DNA from: a virus
DNA: 64,000 nucleotides
Virus record (IMG/VR): IMGVR_UViG_3300044451_000434
Coordinates: 1 to 64,000 of that record
Reading direction: 5' to 3' (one strand)
This document shows positions 28,428 to 39,100 of the stretch, piece by piece. The notes under the pieces are model-generated. The model saw nothing but the letters and a program-made list of their open reading frames with translations. It did no database searches and was not told the DNA's origin. Both the position numbers and the translations under genes were made by a program. Each line of letters opens with the position of its first letter. Position 1 is the stretch's first letter.

Positions 28428-29930
28428 TTATTGCAAGTCCTCTAATGGCATCACATCCAAAACAACGACATGCCTTCCCGACATAGGATGCACGAGAGCA
28501 CTAACTGAATATGGAACTATCATGCTAATCCCATATGACTGCGCCCTCGATACGGTTTTATCTTCTATAGCAATTATGTATATATCTCTGTGCGAATTGG
28601 AGACATAGTCACGCAAAACAGACAGGCAAGCATCAGTCGTTTTTGAGTTTACATAGCAAGCCCACTTAATTGGAGGAGTTGTATTTGCCATAGCAGACTT
28701 CATATATGAGTCTATGGATGGAATGTCATCTTCTCTAAGTCCATACGGGAAAGCACAAGCGAATGCGTGATTGCCGTTCCTAGAAAATCTCTCAAGCCAG
28801 CGAGATAAATACATGAAAGAACTTGATGAGAACTTAAATTCTCTGCTCAGTATTCCAGGCTCTACAAAAGCTATATAAGAATCTAAAGATTCGCTGCCTC
28901 TCAATTTTTCACTCAAATAAAAAAAATCATCAGAATATGTATTTTTTTTCCACACGCCATCAGTAAGTCTTGCGCCTCCAGACCACAAACATGAGGAAGT
29001 CCGAAACGTGTTTATTGAATTACTAAGAACAGAACATGATGCACAACATGGCGCATGCATGGCTGCAAAATTTATCATACAGAAATTTCCGACTGGCAAA
29101 TTACTGATACTGTTGATAGAACTTGTGGAATTGCCGACACATGCAGACCAAGGCGTCCCCAAGGGCATTTGTGAAGAGATATAAACACGACCGCCGCTTT
29201 GAGGATTGTTGACCATTCCGTACCAAAGTTTTTCACTGCTTCTAGATATCCAATAAGGAACATCTATAGATTCCCTGCTTGTTCTTAAAATTACTGAATT
29301 AGCCTGCATGCGGTGATCTGAGCAGATGGCAAATTGAGAAATGTCTAAAACTCCATCTGAACGTAAATTGTAGGACTCAAGAGGTTTCAAATACATTACA
29401 CTGTTCTGAACTCCATTAATGCCAATCGCACTGCTGCTTCCGCTGTCGTAAAAATGATGATTAGTCATTTTGGGTTCAAAAGAAATAAGCAATTCTTTTG
29501 TGGATGAAACATGACCATCTTCAAAAGTAAATGGAGCAGATGGGTTAATATAATATGCAGAACCGCCACTTAAGTCAGCCATCGGGAGAACTGATAGCTG
29601 TATATCAACCCCATAAGCATGAATAAAACCAGTACAAGACGATTTAAAAATACCCAAAATACACGAATTTGATGAGCAATTTCCTGTACTATTAGAACAA
29701 TTCCATTCTACATCAACATCCCTATCAAAAAATAAGGTGATGTTTATATCTGTGGGCAAAACAATTTTATTTGGAATGTTCTTTTCTGAAATATACAAAC
29801 GCATATCGGTGAGCCAAGAAGGTCTTACAGCAGATAGGAGTAGGCGAGAAGAACCTACAAATGAAACCTTGTCTCTTTGACTCCAAGAGTAATGTTGTCC
29901 AGGATCAAATTGAAACTTAAGGTCTGCCAT
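28428..29930 (-). CDS. Hypothetical Cys-rich protein, 500 aa
   Basis: ORF fills the space between neighbours with 1-2 nt gaps; no recognisable motif. Confidence 0.8.
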   Translation of the reverse strand: MADLKFQFDPGQHYSWSQRDKVSFVGSSRLLLSAVRPSWLTDMRLYISEKNIPNKIVLPTDINITLFFDRDVDVEWNCSNSTGNCSSNSCILGIFKSSCTGFIHAYGVDIQLSVLPMADLSGGSAYYINPSAPFTFEDGHVSSTKELLISFEPKMTNHHFYDSGSSSAIGINGVQNSVMYLKPLESYNLRSDGVLDISQFAICSDHRMQANSVILRTSRESIDVPYWISRSSEKLWYGMVNNPQSGGRVYISSQMPLGTPWSACVGNSTSSINSISNLPVGNFCMINFAAMHAPCCASCSVLSNSINTFRTSSCLWSGGARLTDGVWKKNTYSDDFFYLSEKLRGSESLDSYIAFVEPGILSREFKFSSSSFMYLSRWLERFSRNGNHAFACAFPYGLREDDIPSIDSYMKSAMANTTPPIKWACYVNSKTTDACLSVLRDYVSNSHRDIYIIAIEDKTVSRAQSYGISMIVPYSVSALVHPMSGRHVVVLDVMPLEDLQ

Positions 29931-29932
29931 AT

Positions 29933-30751
29933 TTATAAGTTTCTATCTACACATGGGTCACAGTCTTCACCACCGCAAGAACCTCCACCATCCTGCTGAA
30001 GTTTCTTTCTCGTTCTAGCACGCTGAAGACATTTGTAAACATTTCCAAGACCCAAGTCAGACTTGATCATGCCGATGGGTTTTGCCGTGTTTGTGTCTGG
30101 CCTTATAGACTGTAGCAGCTGCGGTATTGCCGAAGATTGGTCGTTGGTACGAAGGGCCGCCACGACCCTCAAAAGAACTTTTGCCTTATTGCTTCTGCAC
30201 GAGGAGACATTAGATTTTCTCGAGCATATTGGATCAACACCCAATGTATTAGACAACGAAGATACGACATCTAGTATTTGCTGCCTGACCCTAGGATGAA
30301 GAGAAAACCAAAAAGAAAAGTAAGAGTTTTGAGTGAATGATGACTCCCTAGTTGCTGCAGAGGTAATTGATTTAATGTGTTGAGAAGGACTAATTTCTCC
30401 GTAATCTTCTGAGGCCACAGCACTATAGCCCGCAGTACGCTTGCTTGCTGCTGTGCCTAAGTATATCAAAATGGGAACTGTAGCATTAAACAATTTTGCT
30501 ATCTTCGACTCCGATGGCTGTAGCGCTAGATTAGAATCTTCAGGTGCATACTGCGTGTAGTCGTATTCTAGATTTGGATTAATATAAAAAGACTCGTTGC
30601 AAAAATTAAAAAGAGAAGTATCCACATCTGATCTAAAACATATTGGTCTCTGCCTATTGAGAGACATCTCAAGTAGGTTTCTAGACCTGGCAACATTAAG
30701 AAGTCTCTGAAAATCAGAATCCGATTCATATCTGGTGTCGTTGTGTGGCAT
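29933..30751 (-). CDS. Hypothetical protein, 272 aa, with C-terminal CGGEDCDPC
   Basis: First ORF downstream of the conserved intergenic motif; no recognisable family. Confidence 0.8.
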   Translation of the reverse strand: MPHNDTRYESDSDFQRLLNVARSRNLLEMSLNRQRPICFRSDVDTSLFNFCNESFYINPNLEYDYTQYAPEDSNLALQPSESKIAKLFNATVPILIYLGTAASKRTAGYSAVASEDYGEISPSQHIKSITSAATRESSFTQNSYFSFWFSLHPRVRQQILDVVSSLSNTLGVDPICSRKSNVSSCRSNKAKVLLRVVAALRTNDQSSAIPQLLQSIRPDTNTAKPIGMIKSDLGLGNVYKCLQRARTRKKLQQDGGGSCGGEDCDPCVDRNL

Positions 30752-30773
30752 TTAAAAATTCCTGACAAAATGT

Positions 30774-30817
30774 TATTTCTGCAGAATCACCCTACTACCT
30801 ACCGCCACTACATTATA
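30774..30817 (-). promoter_or_regulatory. Conserved intergenic motif, copy 2, with TATAAT and palindrome TTCTGCAGAA
   Basis: Minus strand TATAATGTAGTGGCGGTAGGTAGTAGGGTGATTCTGCAGAAATA. Confidence 0.5.
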
Positions 30818-30829
30818 GAACTACTAAAC

Positions 30830-33800
30830 CTACTGGGACATGATTTCGGGCAATACGGTTGATGGACCATCTAGGATTTGACCTCTAAACTTTCTTCTTC
30901 CGAAGAACCTTAATACACTAGGGATTATTCCAAAATAGGTGAATTCTCCAGTGAATGCAAGATCTTCAATAGGAATGGAAAGCGCTGAAGCGTCTTCGGG
31001 TAAAAGCTCGTAATTCGGCTCAAGAGAACCCTCTGGTGAATCTTTTGGGAAAATTGGCGGCAGACGGTAGCCGATGTCTTCGGCGTCGTAAACACCCTTG
31101 TTGCCAACTATGGTCTCTGAAAATGGGTATGAAACAACACCCAACGAGGACAAGAGAGAGGATCTGACACCATATGGTGACTCAAATGCATTAGCAAGCA
31201 AATCAACCTTGATCATAGGATCAGGAAGCCTATAAGTAGCATCAATACCCAAGAATGCCAAAGCCTGTCTGTCATACACAAAACGATTGGCTCTCTCAAT
31301 CTTGCTCAGCAAAATGCGCATATTGCTTCTAGAAAATCTGTGAACACCATAAGATTCGGGCTCGCCAGTTTCTGTGTTTTCTGAATTTATCAACATGAAT
31401 TTAGCATGATCCCGCATTTCTTGAAAAGCCAAATCAAATGATTTTTTGGCGGATGACTCCTCGCCAAATGTTGGGTTTAAGCTAGATATGAAAGCAATAT
31501 CATCATATGGTCTTTTTGCTCGGCTACCATCATTAATTTTCTTACCGTTGACTTTTAGTGCAATTGGGGCTGCATAATCTAAATGAGCCCATCGACCTTT
31601 AGGGTGCCTCCACGCATGATAACTTCTAGCAACCTCTATTTCAAAAAATTCCTCAGGAGGCTCCTCTAAAAATACGCATTCTGGCAACCCGGTTTCAAGT
31701 TGAGATTCATACTCCTGATCAGCAGCAAGCCTAGGAAAAACTCTTGATCCATTCGCAACGAACTGAAAATAAATACCAATGTGCCTAGGCTTGCCATTAA
31801 TATAAAGTGTTGGTGACTCTTTGACGTCAAAAATACTAATTCCAAAATAAAGATCACAATAATTAGCCCATCTATTGAAATTGACTGCAGAGATAGCACC
31901 CCCCTCACCCCCAACCCACAGGCGTCCAGAATGGGACTTCACAGTCAATGGCAAGAAGAAGCGACCATCGGTAAATTTTGGCATAGACATTTTGCGGAGG
32001 ACATACCTATCTGATTCCCTTAAATTGGTGTCTGAGTTAGTTCTGAGCAAGCCGTCGTCGGAGCAGACAAACAGCCCGTCTTCATGTACGGCACACCTAC
32101 CGAGCCTGATGTCCGATTGAAACATCTTTGATACAGAAGAATTATCAAGTCTCCATATTGAATTAGTTGCAATTAACAAGACAAAATCTTGTTCAATATA
32201 AGTGTCTATTATTTTGAGCCTTCCTGGTAAATTATCTAGTAGAGAAAACTCTGAACCACTTGAATCTCCAACGAAAAGACCGTCTTCCGAATAGATGTAC
32301 GGTAATCCATTCCAAGAGAAACAAGACCATATCAAAGTTGCCTCTGAAGATATGGAGGGTAGTTGCCGAAAATATATCTGAGAATTTAGCTGTATAGATA
32401 TCTTCCATATGGCATTTGCAGCGACTGCTATGAAGTTTAAATCATCAATTCTAATGACATCTCGGAAGCACTTAACTCCCCTCTGCATCCCTAATCCCGT
32501 AGCCAAAGGAGTCAAATTGCCATCTGCTTGAATTCTAGCCATGTCTATACCCCTAAAGGCAATTATGAACACAATGTCGCCAAATATTCTTATCCTGAAT
32601 GGACAACCCGCATCATCAGGAGGCAAAGATGAGGATATTTCAACAATCGTTCCAATGTCAGAAGTGTTTTTATACATCCAACTGCCAACACTTGATGCAA
32701 CAAAGCCAATATTTCCAAAGAACTCCATGTCATGTATAAATGCACGAGCACTGCCTCTAGATATGGGGAATGAACTAGGGACAGAACCAAGATGGGTATC
32801 AACCTCTGCACCAGCCAACTCAATAGCGACTTCTGAATATTGGGAGTCAGATTCAGAATATAATCTAATCTTGTTTCTTTCGTTTACAGTAGCAAACCAT
32901 CTAAAATTGTCTGCTGATTGCATGATGCATGTCATAGGCAGCATGTCCATGAATGTCTCGTCATGATTTACGGATGGGATAACACCCCTACTGACAGTCC
33001 CAGATGTTAATTGACCTGCAGAAAGTATGCCAATCTGCTCCCCGTCCAAAACTCCTTCGACTTCAGAAGTTCCAAAAACTACAGATTTAACTACAGAATC
33101 ATCTGGAAGCTCTTCCACAAAATTTATGGATCCATCACCGAATATTTGATAACCAACAGAAGTTACTGAATTGTTTACAAATACAACACCATGAGATGGG
33201 TCAATTCCAACCTCAATAGGCGATGAAGGGATGTATGTCAACCTGTCTTCAGAAACATATTTATCTATCAAATATAGATCACTCAAATCTATTCTGAAAT
33301 CGTTGTTATCATCCAATCTGAAATGTCTGTGCTCGGCAATCAATTCTTCAGCATTCTCAACAACAGGATCAATCATGTTAGAAAGCAATCTACGCTCGTC
33401 TTTTAATGATCCATTTTGAGATCTTGAGAACAATAGCATGCTACTATCTGGAGGGTTGGTGATTTGAGCCGTGACCACTGAGCATTCAGACACAATAGAC
33501 CTGATAGCAAACCTGTATTCTCCGTTGGCTAGTTTAAAATTTCTTAAGGTGTATGTTTTTGATTTACTATCTGAAGAACCAACTCTAGAGAATCTACCTG
33601 TAGAAGGATCAGAAACATACAACTCAAATCCATCTACAGGTATTGTGTATTCATTCCAAGACAATACATAGTCGTCATTTATAAATTGTGAAGAAAGACC
33701 AGTAGGTCCTGGATTTTCTGACCTGCTCACAAAAGTGGTAAGAACTCCGATTTTACCCTCTAATTCGTATGTTTCTGGACGCATGCTCCTAGCGCCCCAA

Positions 33801-36163
33801 AAATTTTCATATCCTATGCGGTAGGAGTAGGAATTCCCGTCCAGAACCATGAGATCTAGATATTCATAAGAACTTGGATCAATCTCCGCAATCAGCCCAT
33901 ATGGACCAAGAGAGCCAGATGAGTCAACTTGACTTCTGTATACTAAAAACTTCCTTGCGGGAAGTCGTGATTTTCCATTCCACGTAACCATGATGCCATC
34001 TTGTACAACTGCAGAGAAAACTCCATCCAACTCCCCAGGAGCAGGCATGTCATCAATGAAGGGGCTAAAAAGATCAAAAGAAGATGCGATGGATTTATTG
34101 TTATACTCATCAACCGCAACAATCGATATACTATATTTTGTTTTTGGTTTTGTCAGTCCTGAGGGGAGCAAATATGTCCTCAGTTTTGTTTTTTGAGAAA
34201 CCTGTGCGATTTGCTGACCTGTCGTATATGTGTAAGTTGTTGGTGAAGCTGAAGAATCTTTAACCTGTAAAATTATGCCGCCAGAAGCAAAAAAGCCTCC
34301 AGTTCCATCGTCGGTGATGTCCGAATTAAATTCCCCCATTCTAAAAAGAATAGGTGATGTATCCGCCAATCTTGCATTACTCGTTGCTGCCAACTTTTGT
34401 GCAGGAAGAGATGGCGAAGATATATTTATCCCGTCACGAGTTAAAGCAGGATTAAACCAAAAAGAAAAAGCAGGTCTTGCTTCTATAAGTTGAAACATGC
34501 TGTAAGTAATACCCGTAACTTTAGATTTCATCCTAATGTTGGCATAGTTAATAAACGCAATGACATCTGTTATGTTCTTGTCAGTCAAATCGAAGGACAC
34601 TTCAGAAAAACCATCTACAGGCGTAAAGTTGCTATCATCAACTCCCTGTATCCTTAATGTAACCCCGGATATGGTAAAATTAAAATCACACATGTTGCCC
34701 GAATAACGCCTTGCTATATAAATCGAATCAGATGGATCTTCATTTAAAATTTCTATCCTTTCTTGTATCTGATATGAAACCACAGACAGTTCATAGTAAG
34801 AAACATCAGAAGGGTCTTGATGAGCCCAATTAAACCTTACTGATCCGCCGACGGAAAAAAATCCTGATATGTCAACAACGGGTGGTGGGGGCGTAGAATC
34901 TCCAGAAATTACCCTTGTAAATCTTCCCCTTGTCTGAGACTGACCGACTTTTCTGAACAAAACAATCGTGTAAGTTGACTTGTCTTCAAAATACTGAGTA
35001 GTAAAAGAAGAACCCTGCATAGCCTGCACGGTATAAAGTTCGATATTGCCACTATTTGGCATCTTGATATCTTTAGATGTCCAAACAAAACCAAAGTTAC
35101 CGTTCTTGTGTATCCTTAAATAAAGATTATTCATGGGATCATATGGATCATATCCATCAACAGATATGGCAGATACTGAAAGATAAAAACTACCAAGTGG
35201 GTTTCTCAAAATGATGGCATCAATATCATCGACATCTCCAATTTGCGCAGCAGATGTTGGAACAAGATATTTGTTTACCGAAGCTGATGTCTTTCCGTAG
35301 ATTGACCTGTTATATATAGATACTCTATATCTAAATCCATTAATCAAATCTCTTATAATAAAATGTGATTTAGAGACAGGCACTTCAATAGAAAATTCAT
35401 CACCAACTTCATTCCCAAAAACATCCACCCGTCTCCAAGAGACAATTTTTTTATCAATCAACCCGGACGCAGACTTGTCAAAAACAACACAAATAGATGC
35501 ATTGTTTTCTACGGCGGCAACACCAGTTGGAATTGGCGGAATCACATCCGCAAATGGCCTACTTACTAATACTTCTTCCGAAAACAATCCAGGAGTGTCA
35601 TCACGTCCGAAAGCTTGCATCTTCAGAGATATGGAAGATCCTTCGCTAATCGGGTGCTGAAAAATATCATCAGATCTTGATATTTGTGCAACATAAATAT
35701 TATCAATGATCAGATATGCATATGATGTTGTTATAGAAGCTTCATTCCAATTAAAATAAATAAAAGCAAAATCGTCTGATACGTATGCATTAAAAGTTGG
35801 TGGGGATGCAGGAGATGCATCGTTAACAACAACTTTTCGGCTTGAAGAAAAATTACCAACCTTAGAAATCATATTGGTCTGCTTCTTCAAGAACACCCCC
35901 TCGCCAACATTTGGATATTGGCAATAGCGCTCAAGCATGAGCTGCGAAAAGATTCCGTTAATGAAAGCCGCACCGCTAGATATGAAAACATATTCACCAA
36001 TCAAACTAAAATCCAAACCGTATGCAACGCCATCACCAATAGCAGAATAAAATGCGTGCAACTGCTCGTCTATCATCATCATCCTGCTCTTATCAACGGT
36101 AGCAGAATATCTGTCCCCTCTTTCGAAGTATGGAAGTTGCAGTGATGGAGTTGGTCTAGTCAT
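30830..36163 (-). CDS. 1777-aa tail-fibre/baseplate-like protein with FN3 repeats and a C-terminal beta-propeller region
   Basis: N-terminus TPSLQLPYF..IDEQL..IGDGVAYG..ISSGAAFING resembles phage fibre/baseplate attachment domains. At least 4 FN3 modules (PPIPTGV..LINGFRYRVSI; IMVTWN..GNSYSYRI; PGPTGL..VLSWN..GEYRFAIRS). Fibre-like LSAGQLTSGTVSRGVIP motif. Confidence 0.85.
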   Translation of the reverse strand: MTRPTPSLQLPYFERGDRYSATVDKSRMMMIDEQLHAFYSAIGDGVAYGLDFSLIGEYVFISSGAAFINGIFSQLMLERYCQYPNVGEGVFLKKQTNMISKVGNFSSSRKVVVNDASPASPPTFNAYVSDDFAFIYFNWNEASITTSYAYLIIDNIYVAQISRSDDIFQHPISEGSSISLKMQAFGRDDTPGLFSEEVLVSRPFADVIPPIPTGVAAVENNASICVVFDKSASGLIDKKIVSWRRVDVFGNEVGDEFSIEVPVSKSHFIIRDLINGFRYRVSIYNRSIYGKTSASVNKYLVPTSAAQIGDVDDIDAIILRNPLGSFYLSVSAISVDGYDPYDPMNNLYLRIHKNGNFGFVWTSKDIKMPNSGNIELYTVQAMQGSSFTTQYFEDKSTYTIVLFRKVGQSQTRGRFTRVISGDSTPPPPVVDISGFFSVGGSVRFNWAHQDPSDVSYYELSVVSYQIQERIEILNEDPSDSIYIARRYSGNMCDFNFTISGVTLRIQGVDDSNFTPVDGFSEVSFDLTDKNITDVIAFINYANIRMKSKVTGITYSMFQLIEARPAFSFWFNPALTRDGINISSPSLPAQKLAATSNARLADTSPILFRMGEFNSDITDDGTGGFFASGGIILQVKDSSASPTTYTYTTGQQIAQVSQKTKLRTYLLPSGLTKPKTKYSISIVAVDEYNNKSIASSFDLFSPFIDDMPAPGELDGVFSAVVQDGIMVTWNGKSRLPARKFLVYRSQVDSSGSLGPYGLIAEIDPSSYEYLDLMVLDGNSYSYRIGYENFWGARSMRPETYELEGKIGVLTTFVSRSENPGPTGLSSQFINDDYVLSWNEYTIPVDGFELYVSDPSTGRFSRVGSSDSKSKTYTLRNFKLANGEYRFAIRSIVSECSVVTAQITNPPDSSMLLFSRSQNGSLKDERRLLSNMIDPVVENAEELIAEHRHFRLDDNNDFRIDLSDLYLIDKYVSEDRLTYIPSSPIEVGIDPSHGVVFVNNSVTSVGYQIFGDGSINFVEELPDDSVVKSVVFGTSEVEGVLDGEQIGILSAGQLTSGTVSRGVIPSVNHDETFMDMLPMTCIMQSADNFRWFATVNERNKIRLYSESDSQYSEVAIELAGAEVDTHLGSVPSSFPISRGSARAFIHDMEFFGNIGFVASSVGSWMYKNTSDIGTIVEISSSLPPDDAGCPFRIRIFGDIVFIIAFRGIDMARIQADGNLTPLATGLGMQRGVKCFRDVIRIDDLNFIAVAANAIWKISIQLNSQIYFRQLPSISSEATLIWSCFSWNGLPYIYSEDGLFVGDSSGSEFSLLDNLPGRLKIIDTYIEQDFVLLIATNSIWRLDNSSVSKMFQSDIRLGRCAVHEDGLFVCSDDGLLRTNSDTNLRESDRYVLRKMSMPKFTDGRFFLPLTVKSHSGRLWVGGEGGAISAVNFNRWANYCDLYFGISIFDVKESPTLYINGKPRHIGIYFQFVANGSRVFPRLAADQEYESQLETGLPECVFLEEPPEEFFEIEVARSYHAWRHPKGRWAHLDYAAPIALKVNGKKINDGSRAKRPYDDIAFISSLNPTFGEESSAKKSFDLAFQEMRDHAKFMLINSENTETGEPESYGVHRFSRSNMRILLSKIERANRFVYDRQALAFLGIDATYRLPDPMIKVDLLANAFESPYGVRSSLLSSLGVVSYPFSETIVGNKGVYDAEDIGYRLPPIFPKDSPEGSLEPNYELLPEDASALSIPIEDLAFTGEFTYFGIIPSVLRFFGRRKFRGQILDGPSTVLPEIMSQ

Positions 36164-39100
36164 TGTGTCAGAGAATTGAACTTAACCAAAGATCCGTTTT
36201 CCAATTCAAACATCATACTGAATCCTTTTAGTATTGGTACATTCACCTGATCTCCACAATCAAAGCCTGTTTCTATGATATTCATAAATGTCAATCCAAC
36301 AAAAGCGAAACTGAAATTATGTCCGTTAAAAGATTCGATTGTTATGAAATAACGATTATTTACCTCAATATCACCTGATGGAGGAGTGAAGGTAACTCTC
36401 GTTGGATCTTGAGTTCCGAAGAATGGCGGCTGTGTTGGCAACCAAGGATCATCCGAATCGCCAGCTGTCCATCCAGAGCTGTTTGCTAATGAAAAATAGG
36501 ACCCCACCATCTGGGTGAGTGCCTCATCTTCATATATGCGTATTCTGAAATCATATGCGCCAGCAAAGCCATCACTAGGCACAAACTCAAAAGCAATTAT
36601 GTTATACATAGATACAGATGCTTCTTTTATAAACGGTCTACTCAATTCAGAAAGATTTTGTTCAACTCCATTTCGTATCACATCAATATCTACATAATAT
36701 GTCGTGCCTGACACAAGAGAAAATGCATATGGTAGCATAGCAAATGAACCTATACGCCCCAAAAGTATAGTGGCACCGTTTGCATTGGGGAATGGAAGAC
36801 CGTCGAATAAGAAATATTGAGGAGAATCTATGGTGTTTGCAGATGCACGAAGAGATGTTCTTTCTTGGTCATCATAAAAATAAACAGAAAAATCCACAAC
36901 ATCATCTATTTGTGAATGTGAATTGTCTATATTCCAAAGCACAGTGTTACTATAAATATCTTGAGAATTTCCTGATGAAGTACCGTCATCTATAAATGAA
37001 GCAGGAGTCAAGAACTTGAATCCAACACGCAATTTGGTGCCATACTGAGATCCATCAACTGAAAAAAGCCTGTTTTCAGGAAGTTCTTGGAAGTCGGCTA
37101 TAGAAACACGATCAAGAGTATCCAAACATGGAACAATCATAGCAGATACAGGAACAAGCTTATCCATGCTCAAAATTCCCCGTTTTACAGGCGAAGGCAA
37201 GACAAAAGTAGTCGTTATAAATTGACTAGTTGAATTTGTAAGCGACTCTATTGATATCTGCTGCATGATAGGGTTGCTATTAGGACTAGTAGACATGAGA
37301 ACTATTTTTATCTGTATGAACTGGCCTACTTGGCCGCTCATGTCAAACTCTTCGACTACAGATGTAATTGGCGTGCCGTACTCTGCAGAAGCACACTGGT
37401 CTCTAGTTCTGCCAACCTTGAAGTATATCCATATTTCAGAGTCGGGTGGGGTGACAGAAACCCAAGACATTGTCCCCCAAGCCACATGTCCATCGCTTGC
37501 GTTTAGTATCTCAGTTTCTACGACCGCAGATTCACGACGAATTCGATCTGCAGAAAAGAACGGAGCGTCACCATTCCCGATCACGACCGTTGTATCTCCG
37601 TTGCCTTCAAATTCTATTATTTGACCGGATATAGCTGAAGATCTGAGCAAACTAGAACTTATGTCCAATACCAAATTGTCATTTATCCCGTCTCCGTTTT
37701 CATCTGGCTCAGAAGCCAAGACTGTTGAGTTGCCAGCCTTGTCAGCAAGCCTGAGGTAGACACGACGTACAGCTCCAGAAACATTGACAGCGTAGAGAGA
37801 AGACGCTGTCCAAAAAACCACCTGATTATCCGTAGACTGACCGATACCAACTATGTCTGCATCAGACTGCCCCATGACAACCCAGCCGTTGGCATATCTG
37901 TATATTTGTCTACCTACTGACGCGAAAATATTATCTCGCCCTGCAAGGACAATCTTCTTGACTGCATGTATTGGAGCAGTAGTGGATCTGAAAGATGCTA
38001 AGAATGGCTCGTCTTCGTCAACTGACCGCATGATGCGACCGGAAGAGGCAGTACCGACATAAATATTTGTACCAAGGCTGTCAACTGTTGTCAAGGCATC
38101 CGAATCGTAATGCAGACTCTCAACAACTATGGGAACAGATCCCAAATCTGCTCGGTATATCCGCTTGTCTTGCCCGGTGGCTACCACCACAAACCTATCA
38201 AAGCCTGATATTCCAGATCCTCTGTCGGCGACAAAGTTAACTTTAGCTGATGGGGAGCCTGAACCTGTATAATAATATATTCTTGCTGGAGAGTCTGTAA
38301 GCATATATAGGGAGTTGTCATAATCACTCAGGAAGAAGCCTGCAAACCCTTCGGCTTCAAGGTGTGACACACTAACAAATTGAGCTCCATCTGAAGACTT
38401 GTAAATAGCCACATTTTCTCCACTTTTAACAACAGCAACATAAAGCTCATTGCGAAAAACAATAACACCTGCAATTTCAGAATTGACAGGATCAGTTCCA
38501 ATCATGGTTTGTGTTTCCGAAAAATTGTCGCCTGTCTTTGACCTGCAAGCCGCAGGAACACTAGTGAAGACAAAATCTCTTGCTGAAAGAGCAGACGCTG
38601 GTCGGAAAGATACGAATCCACTTATCCTACCGCTTGTCTCATTCCAAATAAGTCCACTCAGAGCACTCAAATTGAGTAGACTATGATCGAACTGCGCTGT
38701 AAACGGCTTCGGCTCAACTGGAGTTACTCCGTTAGTGGTGAAATTAGAAAAATTACTGATTTCATAGGTGGACACCCCGCTAGTTGCATCATACGGTAAT
38801 TGACCATCTTCGCTGCCGAGAGTATCTATAGACAACCTGACTACATTGGCGCTAATTTGGCTCACAAAATTCAATTTGCCTTGCGGTGGCTCGGTGTCCA
38901 AGACAACCTCGTCCGATGGCAGGCCAGAAGAAGAAGACAGTTTTACCACAGATCTTTCGCCAGCATCTGCCACGGCATAAAATTCCAAACCTCCGTCAGC
39001 CACATGATTCAATTTTCTCGTTGAAGAGTAGCCAGACGCAACCTCTGCACGGTTTGGATTAAGTTTTCTGATAAGTCGGAGATCGTCTCTCACAACTAAA

